Assembly (NCBI GenBank): GCA_965209035.1
Contig: OZ242372.1
Span: 64,001 to 128,000 of the forward strand
Length of the DNA stretch: 64,000 bases
From: Gammaproteobacteria bacterium
Lineage (GTDB): Bacteria > Pseudomonadota > Gammaproteobacteria > CBDBNL01 > JAAOII01
Direction of reading: 5' to 3'
This document shows positions 27,608 through 36,843 of this stretch, in pieces. Position 1 is the stretch's first letter, and each line of letters starts with the position of its first letter. Below the pieces are notes generated by a model. The model did no database searches. It saw only the letters and a list, made by a program, of their open reading frames with translations, and was not told the DNA's origin. The translations under genes were made by a program, and so were the position numbers.

Positions 27608-28519
27608 TTATTTTTGAGCGACCAGATTACCGCGAATGGAACGAAACAGAAACAGAGTGCCAACCAGCATGATCAAGAAGATCCCCCAAGAAATAGCCGA
27701 AGCATAGCCGTAATTTTGATATTCAAAGGCCTGTGCGTACATATGCACAGTCATCGTCAATAAGGAGTTATCGGGTCCCCTGCCCGGATGCACCAGATAG
27801 GGGATCTCAAAAATCTGCATACCGCCTATCAGGGAAGTAACCAGGATGAACAACATAGTCGGTCGCATCATCGGCAAGGTAATGTGCCAAAATACCTGGC
27901 TTGGCTTGGCGCCGTCCACCCGTGCCGCCTCGTAAACCTGCATGGGGATGGCCGTCATCCCCGCCATACAAAGAATGGCACTGTGTCCGAACCACATCCA
28001 CCACTGGACGAAAGAGACGATGCCGCGCGCCGCCACCGGGTAGGACATCCAATAGACCTTTTCGTCTATGAGACCCAACGCCAAAAGAACCTGATTGAGT
28101 GCGCCGTATTCCCAGTCGGTCAGGGCAAAGAACAGAATCGCCATAGATGCGGCGGCGACCAGGTTGGGAAAGTAGAAAATGGCGCGAAAAAATGGCATTC
28201 CCTTAACGCGGCCGTATGTGAAGACCGCCCCCAAGAACAAGCCCAGGAAGATCTGCGGCAGGAAGTTAACCAGCCAAATCACCCATGTATTAAAAACACT
28301 CAAAAGGAAATAGGAATCCGTTACCAAACGAACATAATTTTTAGCGCCGATAAACACCGGCGGACTGAAGCCGTCGTATTGCGTGAAGCTGAGATATAGC
28401 GTATAAACCACCGGGTAAAGCCCGAACACCAAAAAGGTGAGGAGGAAAGGAGCGAGAAACCAATAGGCCTTGTAAAAACGGAAGGGACCGACTTTTGTGT
28501 ATTGATGAAAATCACTCAT
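27608..28519 (-). CDS. Carbohydrate ABC transporter permease (MalF-like)
   Basis: YEAARVDGA EAA motif, ITLP and YGYASA. Confidence 0.93.
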   Translation of the reverse strand: MSDFHQYTKVGPFRFYKAYWFLAPFLLTFLVFGLYPVVYTLYLSFTQYDGFSPPVFIGAKNYVRLVTDSYFLLSVFNTWVIWLVNFLPQIFLGLFLGAVFTYGRVKGMPFFRAIFYFPNLVAAASMAILFFALTDWEYGALNQVLLALGLIDEKVYWMSYPVAARGIVSFVQWWMWFGHSAILCMAGMTAIPMQVYEAARVDGAKPSQVFWHITLPMMRPTMLFILVTSLIGGMQIFEIPYLVHPGRGPDNSLLTMTVHMYAQAFEYQNYGYASAISWGIFLIMLVGTLFLFRSIRGNLVAQK

Positions 28520-28741
28520 AATAATTTGTTGTTTTTTACATTATACGGATTTTTGCCTTGCCGAGTGTATGCGAGGCGTTGGCGAAGGTGAGCAACAGCA
28601 CTATTAACTTCATTTATATGTCTCGGCTTCTAATCAGATGTTAGCCTGACAGGCATATTCCCGTAGAATTAAATATTTGTATTTAAGCGGCGAGGAGTTT
28701 TCATGCTTTTCTTTTATTCTTTTTTGTTGAATAGTGTTTTT

Positions 28742-29544
28742 CTATTCTTTCTTTTTCCTTTTTGCTGTTTCCCGATTTGAAATGCTCTTGTAAAAAGACT
28801 GACATCTTTTCTTAAGTTTTCCCATCAGTCGATAGCACCCGCGCGATAACATCCGAGAAATATTGACGGATATATATTGTTGCCAAAAAGTGGGGTTCTT
28901 AACATACAAAGCATCACCGCTATTTTTTCTCTTTTATTTGTCCAAGAAGTGACCATCCGCTGAAAACCAAATTGATCAAGATAACCATCCAATTCTTCCA
29001 CAAGAGCACACCCCTGATACATTTCTGTGCCATTAATTTCCGAGATGATATAATCTACTTCACTTAGCGTTTTTGCCGCACCTTTCAAGACCTCCAATTC
29101 ATAGCCCTGAACATCTATAAACAAAAAATTATAATGCCGGACAGGCAATGCTTTCCTTACCATCAAATTATCCAATGTGATCATCCCCACTTGTTCTTTT
29201 TCATTAAACTCAATGTGTGGTTGGAGTTCTAAATGTTTTTTAGGTTCTAAAACAGAAGAACTCGCGCCTTTATTTGCAGTATCTACATGCATAATCACCT
29301 TGCTCGTTTTGTTACCCAAAGCCACTCTTTCCAATAACAAACTATTAAACTTTTTCTTATACAAAGCCGTATGATCGGTCAACTTCACGAATGTTTTTGG
29401 CAACGGCTCAATCATTAACAAGTTTTTAACCCCCGCATCGTTGAATCCTTGTATCTCTTGCCCATCATGGGCACCAATCTGAATAACACCCCTAATTTTG
29501 AGACGAAAAAGTTTTTTTAGAAAACGAAAAGAATACCCAAACAT
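28742..29544 (-). CDS. FkbM-family methyltransferase, frameshifted near the 3' end at an A6 tract
   Basis: IGAHDG.E, IEP, SS.L and IDVQGYELEVLKGA. The expected terminal GDALY lies in another frame just after T6 at 28923-28928; that frame runs to TAG at 28742. The called ORF ends at 28825. Confidence 0.8.
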
Positions 29545-29550
29545 AAAATC

Positions 29551-29586
29551 CTATTTTACATAGCAAAAATACCTGTTTGATTTCAT
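29551..29586 (-). pseudogene. 5' stub of a fourth glycosyltransferase-like paralog (MKSNRYFCYVK*)
   Basis: Same 32-bp spacer and first 10 codons as the paralogs upstream, then a stop just before the FkbM ATG. Confidence 0.75.
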
Positions 29587-29619
29587 ATTGAAGTATTTTT
29601 TATTTTTGACAGAACAACA

Positions 29620-30735
29620 TCATTCTTTCGCGTTGAGGTTAAACCGTGCGAACGCTTCCCGGTTACTAGCCAGATGTAGATAAGTTAACACCAAGCTATC
29701 TGCGCTATGTTTTATCAAAGCTCTTTCAATGAGTTTCAATTTTGCCGTATCGGGGGTTTCCGGCGAACCCAACGCGGATATTTCCGGGAAGTCATCGCAA
29801 AAGTAGAGTTCAAATGCATCCCCCAAAGGGCGAAAATGCTCTTTATCGTAAGGATTCCAAAGATTAGATGCTATGTACAACTTACTGCCTTTCGGAAATA
29901 TTTCTAACAAGCGTTGCTTTAAATCTTCGGCAGATAAAAAATGCCGTAACATTTTGGATGCTTGACGAGACGCCGGACGTCTCCGGACATAATCATTAAT
30001 ATATTGATTCAGAAGGTCCATACTAAACGGACCGTATCGATCCCAAGGGAATCTACACATTAAAAAATAATTTCTGCCAAGTTTGGCAGACACTTTCCGG
30101 GCGGTCTTCTCCACTTGCTCGGATAATTTCAAACTGACTGTCGTTGTACAGTAGAAATGTTTGAACGGATTATTTTTTGACATTCGGGTTACATTAAGAG
30201 CCGCAGGATACGTAGGATTCAAATATCGAATGATGATCGTGTTTTTATGGCTTTCTTTTGGAATACCGGGCTTCTTTGTCCTGAATACACAAACACGATA
30301 ACGACCCCGCAATTGTGACAGGTCGTTGAGAAGAATGTAATTTAACTTTTGCCTTTTTCTTCCTCCTTTTGCCGTTGTCATGTAAGATTTTGACAGATTG
30401 TAGTACTCCTCGACAGACCGGCTTATCCCTTTACCAAAATTGTGACCGGGCGATATCCTCATTGGAAAAATGATCGGGGTTGCCTTTACATAAAATGCCT
30501 CTTTCAGCAGGCACTCAAGATTGAAAGTAAGATGATCTATACCTGCCGAAAAAATTACATGCTCCATTAATAGGGATGAGTATCTTCCGGGATATCTAAA
30601 CTTCCAAAAATAGAGTGTTCTTAGGCGAACGGATTGGATAAGATATTTCGGGTTTCCTTTAATAACAAGTTCAAAAATACTCCTCTTGTAACTTGGAGGG
30701 CGAACAACATAGCAAAAATATCGGTTTGATTTCAT
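29620..30735 (-). CDS. Putative GT-B glycosyltransferase (O-fucosyltransferase-like), paralog 1
   Basis: GIDH....L..LL.EA......P..FP......HN and LYIASN......F.PL...F......DF......IE..L resemble O-FucT/NodZ-like motifs; the family call is tentative. Confidence 0.5.
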   Translation of the reverse strand: MKSNRYFCYVVRPPSYKRSIFELVIKGNPKYLIQSVRLRTLYFWKFRYPGRYSSLLMEHVIFSAGIDHLTFNLECLLKEAFYVKATPIIFPMRISPGHNFGKGISRSVEEYYNLSKSYMTTAKGGRKRQKLNYILLNDLSQLRGRYRVCVFRTKKPGIPKESHKNTIIIRYLNPTYPAALNVTRMSKNNPFKHFYCTTTVSLKLSEQVEKTARKVSAKLGRNYFLMCRFPWDRYGPFSMDLLNQYINDYVRRRPASRQASKMLRHFLSAEDLKQRLLEIFPKGSKLYIASNLWNPYDKEHFRPLGDAFELYFCDDFPEISALGSPETPDTAKLKLIERALIKHSADSLVLTYLHLASNREAFARFNLNAKE

Positions 30736-30767
30736 ATTGAAGTATTTTTATTTTTGACAGAACAACA

Positions 30768-31892
30768 TCATTCTTTCGCATTAAGGAGGTTAAACCGTGC
30801 GAACACTTCCCGGTTCTTATTACTAGCCGGATATAAATAGGTTAACACTAAACTATCCGCGCTATGTTTTATCAAAGACCTTTCAATGAGTTTCAATTTT
30901 GCCGTATCGGGGGTTTCCGGCGAACCCAACGCGGATATTTCCGGGAAGTCATCGCAAAAGTAGAGTTCAAATGCATCCGCCAACGGACGAAAATGCTCTT
31001 GGTTATAAGGATTCCAAAGATTAGACGCTATGTATAACTGACTGCCTTTCGGGAATATTTCTAATAAGCGTTGTTTCAGATCTTCGGCGGATAAAAAATG
31101 CCGTAACATTTTGGATGCTTGACGAGACGCCGGACGTCTCCGGACATAATCATTAATATATTGATTTAGAAGATCCATACTAAACGGGCCGTATTGTGAC
31201 CAAGGAAATCTGCACATTAAAAAATAATATTTGCCAAGTTTGGAAGACACCTTCCGGGCGGTCTTCTCCACTTGCTCGGATAATTTCAAACTGACTGTCG
31301 TTGTACAGTAGAAATGTTTGAACGGATTATTTTTTGACATTCGGGTTACATTAAGAGCCGCATGATACATAGGATCCAAATATCGAATGATGATCGTGTT
31401 TTGATGGCTTTCTTTTGGAATACCGGGCTTTCTTGTACTGAATACACAAACACGATAACGCCCCCGCAATTGTGACAGGTCGTTGAGAAGAATATAATTT
31501 AACTTTTGCCTTTCCCTTCCTCCTTTTGCCGTTGTTAGATAAGACTTTGACAGATTGTAGTATTCCTCAACAGGCCGACTTGTCTTTTTACCAAAATTGT
31601 GACCGGGCGATATCCTCATTGGAAAAATGATCGGGGTTGCCTTTACATAAAGCCCCTCTTTCAGCAAGCACTCAAGATTGAAAGTAAGATGATCTATACC
31701 TGCCGAAAAAATTACATGCTCCATTAATACGGATGAGTATCTTCCGGGATATCGAAACTTCCAAAAATAGAGTGTTCTTAGGCGAACGGATTGGATAAGA
31801 TATTTCGGATTTCTTTTAATCACAAGTTCAAAAATACTCCTCTTGTAACTTGGAGGGCGAACAACATAGCAAAAATATCTGTTAGATTTCAT
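30768..31892 (-). CDS. Putative glycosyltransferase, paralog 2
   Basis: Highly similar to paralogs 1 and 3 in protein and DNA. Confidence 0.5.
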   Translation of the reverse strand: MKSNRYFCYVVRPPSYKRSIFELVIKRNPKYLIQSVRLRTLYFWKFRYPGRYSSVLMEHVIFSAGIDHLTFNLECLLKEGLYVKATPIIFPMRISPGHNFGKKTSRPVEEYYNLSKSYLTTAKGGRERQKLNYILLNDLSQLRGRYRVCVFSTRKPGIPKESHQNTIIIRYLDPMYHAALNVTRMSKNNPFKHFYCTTTVSLKLSEQVEKTARKVSSKLGKYYFLMCRFPWSQYGPFSMDLLNQYINDYVRRRPASRQASKMLRHFLSAEDLKQRLLEIFPKGSQLYIASNLWNPYNQEHFRPLADAFELYFCDDFPEISALGSPETPDTAKLKLIERSLIKHSADSLVLTYLYPASNKNREVFARFNLLNAKE

Positions 31893-31924
31893 AATGAAGT
31901 ATTTTTATTTTTGACAGAACAACA

Positions 31925-33085
31925 TCATTCTTTCGCATTAAGGAGGTTAAACCGTGCGAACACTTCCCGGTTCATATCCGGATATAAATAGGTCAAGACC
32001 AAACTATCCGCGCTATCTTTTATCAAAGTTCTTTCAATGAGTTTCAATTTTGCCGTATCGGGGGTTTCCGGCGAACCCAACGCGGATATTTCCGAGAAGT
32101 CATCGCAAAAGTAGAGTTCAAATGCATCCGCCAACGGACGAAAATGCTCTTGGTTATAAGGCTTCCAAAGATTAGACGCTATATATAACTGACTGCCTTT
32201 CGGGAATATTTCTAATAAGCGTTGCTTCAGATCTTCGGCGGATAAAAAATGCCGTATCATTTTCAATGTATTCTTATGATTCGGATGCGAGAGATAGCCA
32301 TTAACATATTTCTTTAGAAGGTCTGTGTCAAACGGGCCGTATCGATCCCAAGGAAATCTGCACATTAAAAAGAAAAAACAATAATTTCCGCCAAGTTTGG
32401 CAGACACCTTCCGGGCGGTCTTCTCCACTTGATCGGATAATTTAAAATTGACCTTCGTTGTCCGGTAGAAATGTTTAAACGGATGATCTTCCGGCATTCC
32501 TCCCACATTAAGACCGGCATTATACCTACGATCCAAATATCGAATGATGATCGTGTTTTGATGGCTTTTTGGGGGAATACGGGGCTTTCTTGGATTGAAT
32601 ACACAAACACGATAACGCCCCCGCAATTGTGACAGGTCATTGAGAAGAATATAATTTAACCTTTGCCTTTCCCTTCCTCCTTTTGCCGTTGTCAGATAAG
32701 ACTTTGACAGATTGTAGTATTCATCGACAGATCGGTTGATCTCTTTACCAAAATTGTGAACGGGTGATGTCCTGATTGGGAAAATGATCGGAGTTGCTTT
32801 TACATAAAGTGCCTCTTTCAACAGGCTCGTAAGATTGTTAGTAATATGATCTATACCCCCCGTAAAAATCATATCCTGCATTAATGCGGATGAGTATTTT
32901 CCGGGATATCTCAGTCTCCAAAAATTTAATCTTCTGAGTATTCTTAGACGAACGGATTGGATAAGGCACTTCGGATTTCCTTTAATAACCAGTTCAAAAA
33001 TACTCCTCTTGTAACTTGGAGGGCGAACTACATAGCAAAAATATCGGTTTGATTTCATATTGATATGATACCGGGACTTAGGCAT
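31925..33085 (-). CDS. Putative glycosyltransferase, paralog 3
   Basis: Most divergent copy; the equivalent MKSNRY start is at 33058. Confidence 0.5.
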   Translation of the reverse strand: MPKSRYHINMKSNRYFCYVVRPPSYKRSIFELVIKGNPKCLIQSVRLRILRRLNFWRLRYPGKYSSALMQDMIFTGGIDHITNNLTSLLKEALYVKATPIIFPIRTSPVHNFGKEINRSVDEYYNLSKSYLTTAKGGRERQRLNYILLNDLSQLRGRYRVCVFNPRKPRIPPKSHQNTIIIRYLDRRYNAGLNVGGMPEDHPFKHFYRTTKVNFKLSDQVEKTARKVSAKLGGNYCFFFLMCRFPWDRYGPFDTDLLKKYVNGYLSHPNHKNTLKMIRHFLSAEDLKQRLLEIFPKGSQLYIASNLWKPYNQEHFRPLADAFELYFCDDFSEISALGSPETPDTAKLKLIERTLIKDSADSLVLTYLYPDMNREVFARFNLLNAKE

Positions 33086-33124
33086 CTTACCTTATTACAT
33101 AAAATCTTGTCCATCCTTGTATAA
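32956..33124. repeat. 169-bp target-site duplication, left copy
   Basis: Identical to 35111-35279; abuts the left TIR. Confidence 0.95.
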
Positions 33125-35110
33125 CTTGACTTCGGAAAGAAATTATTATATTTTTAAAAAACCTTGTATTTTCAAGGTTTTTTTAGGATCTTTAATAGTG
33201 TATAATTAAAAGCATAATATGTATATTCGCGAATTCACTCGAAAAAACGGGCAGGTTCTGTCCGTGGTTTTTTCTTTTTATCGGTCCAAGCACAAGCAGC
33301 CGAACAATATGACTCTGTATACCAGCCAACCGGTGGAAGCCGACAGTGCGGAATATGCGGTGGTGCGGGCCGAGATGGAGCAACGCTGCCGCCGCTTGGA
33401 GAAGGAATTAAGACAAAGCACCTCACTGAATGCGTTTTTAACAAAACATCAAAAGGTGGTGGGCTGTGGTCGTGGCCATGCTATCCGGCGCAACGACCGG
33501 GTGGATGACGATGGACCGGGGGCACTTTCGGCCTTAAGAACTTTAGGTGCGCGCAGTTACGGTCTGCCCTATGTCATGGAGAAATTATTTGCGTCCATGG
33601 GCTTGGATACGTTGGTGGCACCGCGGCGCCAACGGCTGAATGCCTGTTTGCGGGTGCTCAGTTGGGGGCGGCTGACGGCCGAGCGGATTAGTAAACGGCA
33701 ATTGTCGCAGCTGTTGGAAGAAGAATATGGGATCCACTGGTCTGAGGACAGCATGTACAAAGCGATGGATCATTTGGATGATGCCGAGATTGAGCGCATT
33801 CAGATGCGGGTGGCACGTTCCAATTTGGCATTACTTAACCAAAAGACGGTGCAGCTGTTGCTGTATGACACGACGACCTTTTATTTTGAATCGGTGCAGG
33901 CGGATGACTTCCGCTGCAGAGGTTGGTCCAAAGACGGCAAAGCCCATCGGACGCAGGTGGTCTTTGGGATGTGGATGACGCCTTGTGGCTTGCCGTTGGG
34001 CTACAAACTATTTACCGGTAAGACCGCGGATGTGTCGACCTTGTTGCCGGCTTTGGACGAGATGCAGCGGCGGCTGGGGGCCCAAAAGACGGTGGTGATT
34101 GCTGACAACGGCCTCCTCAGTGAAGACAACTTGGCGGCGATTACGGCGGCCGGGCATGCGTTTGTCATGGCCTGTTCGCCACGCAAGTTACCCAAAGAGA
34201 TCCGCACGGCGGTCTACAACTATGATTTTGAAGGCGGGGCCCGCATCTTTGAGATCGGCTTGCTACCACCCGCGCGCACCCAACTTGCCGACAACGACCG
34301 CCCTCTGGTGGCACGCAATTATTATGCCAACTTCTCCTCCAAGCGCGCCCGCCGCGATCTCCATCAGCTGCATCTGGCCTTGAAGCGGGCCAAAAACAGT
34401 ACCGGCCGCAACCACCAAGCTCTGCGGGGGATTGCCTGTCCCGATATCCGTAAGTTCTTATCCAACAACGGCATCACCACACTGAACCCCACAGCCATCA
34501 ACCGGGCGATGCAAGAAATCGGTCTCTATGGCGTGCAGGCCTCGCCCAATATTGACTACCAAACCGCCTACACTTACTACAAACAACTGTATGCCATTGA
34601 ACACGGCTTCCGGGATCTTAAAAGTGATCTGCAAATCCGCCCGACCTTCCATTGGAAACCCGAGCGCATCCGCGCCCATTTCGCCCTCTGCTATCTGGCG
34701 TTTGCCGCCATCCGCCGCTTGCGGTATGTCCTCCGCCAACAAAAGCCCGCACCCACCACCGTGTGGACCACCGAAATGCTGCCGTTCACCGATCTAGATG
34801 CCCGACCGCAGCCGCCGCAAAAAAACAAGACCGAGGAAATCGTCACCACCAAGAAGATCCTCAAAGAACTGCGCAACTTCAAAGCAACTATCCAACGCAA
34901 TCCCGTTGGCAACTATTACAGCAGCCCACACCAACTCACCCCGGGACAGCAACGCATTTTACAAGCCGTTCAACTAAAACCCAAACAACCTGCTCTGTTG
35001 GATCACAAACACTAAGCGCAAGAAGCAAAGTCGCAAGGGCTCATAGTGTATAAAAACGGCCCGCAAACCCTTATAAAAACAGGGTTTTTTAAGAAGTTTC
35101 CGAAGTCAAG
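33125..35110 (+). mobile_element. IS1634-family insertion sequence (1986 bp)
   Basis: 14-bp perfect TIR cttgacttcggaaa / tttccgaagtcaag, subterminal palindromes (33156-33183, 35065-35087), one transposase ORF and long flanking direct repeats. Confidence 0.93.
33219..35015 (+). CDS. IS1634-family DDE transposase
   Basis: YDTTTFYFE, G.SKDGK...QV, VIADNG and IE..FR.LKS.L.IRP.FHW..ERIRAH..LC. Confidence 0.93.
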   Translation: MYIREFTRKNGQVLSVVFSFYRSKHKQPNNMTLYTSQPVEADSAEYAVVRAEMEQRCRRLEKELRQSTSLNAFLTKHQKVVGCGRGHAIRRNDRVDDDGPGALSALRTLGARSYGLPYVMEKLFASMGLDTLVAPRRQRLNACLRVLSWGRLTAERISKRQLSQLLEEEYGIHWSEDSMYKAMDHLDDAEIERIQMRVARSNLALLNQKTVQLLLYDTTTFYFESVQADDFRCRGWSKDGKAHRTQVVFGMWMTPCGLPLGYKLFTGKTADVSTLLPALDEMQRRLGAQKTVVIADNGLLSEDNLAAITAAGHAFVMACSPRKLPKEIRTAVYNYDFEGGARIFEIGLLPPARTQLADNDRPLVARNYYANFSSKRARRDLHQLHLALKRAKNSTGRNHQALRGIACPDIRKFLSNNGITTLNPTAINRAMQEIGLYGVQASPNIDYQTAYTYYKQLYAIEHGFRDLKSDLQIRPTFHWKPERIRAHFALCYLAFAAIRRLRYVLRQQKPAPTTVWTTEMLPFTDLDARPQPPQKNKTEEIVTTKKILKELRNFKATIQRNPVGNYYSSPHQLTPGQQRILQAVQLKPKQPALLDHKH

Positions 35111-35279
35111 ATTGGATAAGGCACTTCGGATTTCCTTTAATAACCAGTTCAAAAATACTCCTCTTGTAACTTGGAGGGCGAACTACATAGCAAAAATATC
35201 GGTTTGATTTCATATTGATATGATACCGGGACTTAGGCATCTTACCTTATTACATAAAATCTTGTCCATCCTTGTATAA
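35111..35279. repeat. 169-bp target-site duplication, right copy
   Basis: Identical to 32956-33124; carries a truncated 5' end of paralog 3. Confidence 0.95.
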
Positions 35280-35386
35280 TCCTACCCTTCCTGTCCTTCC
35301 CGATCTTACCGCTCTTATTGCCTCTTTCTTGTTGTCAGCCGAAGCACGGGGATAACACCGGAAAAATGCAATTCCACGGTTGCCAC

Positions 35387-36823
35387 TCAATCTTGCCAAA
35401 TGAACCGGTTGACCAGGTTTTCCAGGGCTTCCTGATGACCGGATTTTGGGGCAGGCTGCTCGTCTTTTGTAAGAACTCTTTGACTGATTTCTTCCAAAGT
35501 GGAATCCTGTTTCAGCATCCGCAAATTCTCCGGCAGATCCCAACCGGCATATCGTTCTCCCGTTTGTTTTGCCGGCATCTTTGCTTCTCGCATCGCAGCG
35601 GCTGCTTTGAATGCCTTGGCACAGGCATCCATACCGCCGATATGGGCAAGCAGCAGATCCGCCGGGTCTGTGGATTGGCGGCGCAACTTCGCATCAAAGT
35701 TGAGGCCGCCCTGCCCCAAACCGCCTTTAACGCTTTCACCGCCAACGCTTTCACCGCCAACGCTTTCACCGCCAACGCTTTCACCGCCTTTAAGTAATTC
35801 GTAAAATGCCAGAGTCAATTCGGGAACATTGTTCGGAAACTGATCCGTATCCCAGCCGGATTGGTAGTCGCCGCGGTTAATGTCCAGCGAGCCGAAAATG
35901 CCCAACGCAATCGCCAGGGCAATCTCGTGTTCAAAGGAATGCCCCGCCATGATGGCATGGTTCTGTTCTATGTTGACACGGACCTCTTTTTCCAACCCAT
36001 AACTTTGTAAAAAGCCATAAACGCCCGCCACATCAAAATCATATTGATGTTTTGTCGGCTCTTGGGGTTTGGGTTCTATAAGGATCTGCCCGCGAAAATT
36101 GATCCGGTGTTTGTGTTCCACCACCATGCATAAAAACCGTCCCAGTTGATGCAGTTCGCGTTTAAGATCGGTATTTAGAAGCGTCTCATAGCCCTCTCGG
36201 CCGCCCCATAACACATAATTCTCTCCGCCCAGGCTGTGGGTGATATCCAAACAGTGTTTAACCTGTGCCGCCGCATAGGCAAAAACCTCCGGGTCGGGGT
36301 TAGTGGCGGCTCCGGCCATATAGCGCGGGTGCGAAAAGAGGTTTGCCGTCCCCCATAGCAACCTAACTCCCGTCTGTTCCATCTTGCGGGAAAAAACCTC
36401 CGCCATCTCGCTAACATTTCTGTTGGATGCGGCAAGGCAGTCACCCTCGGGGGCAATGTCCCGGTCGTGAAAAGTAAAGAACGGCACACGCAACAAACGA
36501 AACAACTCAAACGCAAAATCCGCTTTGCGTTTTGCCTGTTGCATTTGTTGTATTGGTTCTTCGTTTGCCGCCATCCAAGGTCTTTGAAAGGCGGGCATGC
36601 CAAAGGTATCTCGGCCGTCCCAACAAAAAGTGTGCCAATAACAAACGGCGAAACGGAGATGTTCGGCAAGCGGTTTGCCAAGTACAATTTCATCCGGATT
36701 GTAAGCGGTAAATTCGGGCGATTTCCAATCGCCGGCCGGCCCGTCGATGGCAGAGCCGGGACAAAAAGGAACCGGCTCATTGATACCGTAAAAATCTTGC
36801 AAAGAAGTGTCTTTCTTATGCAA
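35387..36823 (-). CDS. xylA: Xylose isomerase (class II)
   Basis: [44 protein letters not shown] and GGLNFDAK. Confidence 0.97.
   Translation of the reverse strand: MHKKDTSLQDFYGINEPVPFCPGSAIDGPAGDWKSPEFTAYNPDEIVLGKPLAEHLRFAVCYWHTFCWDGRDTFGMPAFQRPWMAANEEPIQQMQQAKRKADFAFELFRLLRVPFFTFHDRDIAPEGDCLAASNRNVSEMAEVFSRKMEQTGVRLLWGTANLFSHPRYMAGAATNPDPEVFAYAAAQVKHCLDITHSLGGENYVLWGGREGYETLLNTDLKRELHQLGRFLCMVVEHKHRINFRGQILIEPKPQEPTKHQYDFDVAGVYGFLQSYGLEKEVRVNIEQNHAIMAGHSFEHEIALAIALGIFGSLDINRGDYQSGWDTDQFPNNVPELTLAFYELLKGGESVGGESVGGESVGGESVKGGLGQGGLNFDAKLRRQSTDPADLLLAHIGGMDACAKAFKAAAAMREAKMPAKQTGERYAGWDLPENLRMLKQDSTLEEISQRVLTKDEQPAPKSGHQEALENLVNRFIWQD
35729..35788. repeat. 15-bp perfect tandem repeat x4 inside xylA (GGESV)4
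   Basis: aacgctttcaccgcc four times. Confidence 0.97.
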
Positions 36824-36843
36824 TATTACTTATCTGTTACTGA

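Noticed and set aside
35250-35543. 97-aa ORF overlapping the xylA end
   Set aside because: Alternate-frame overlap with no recognisable motif.
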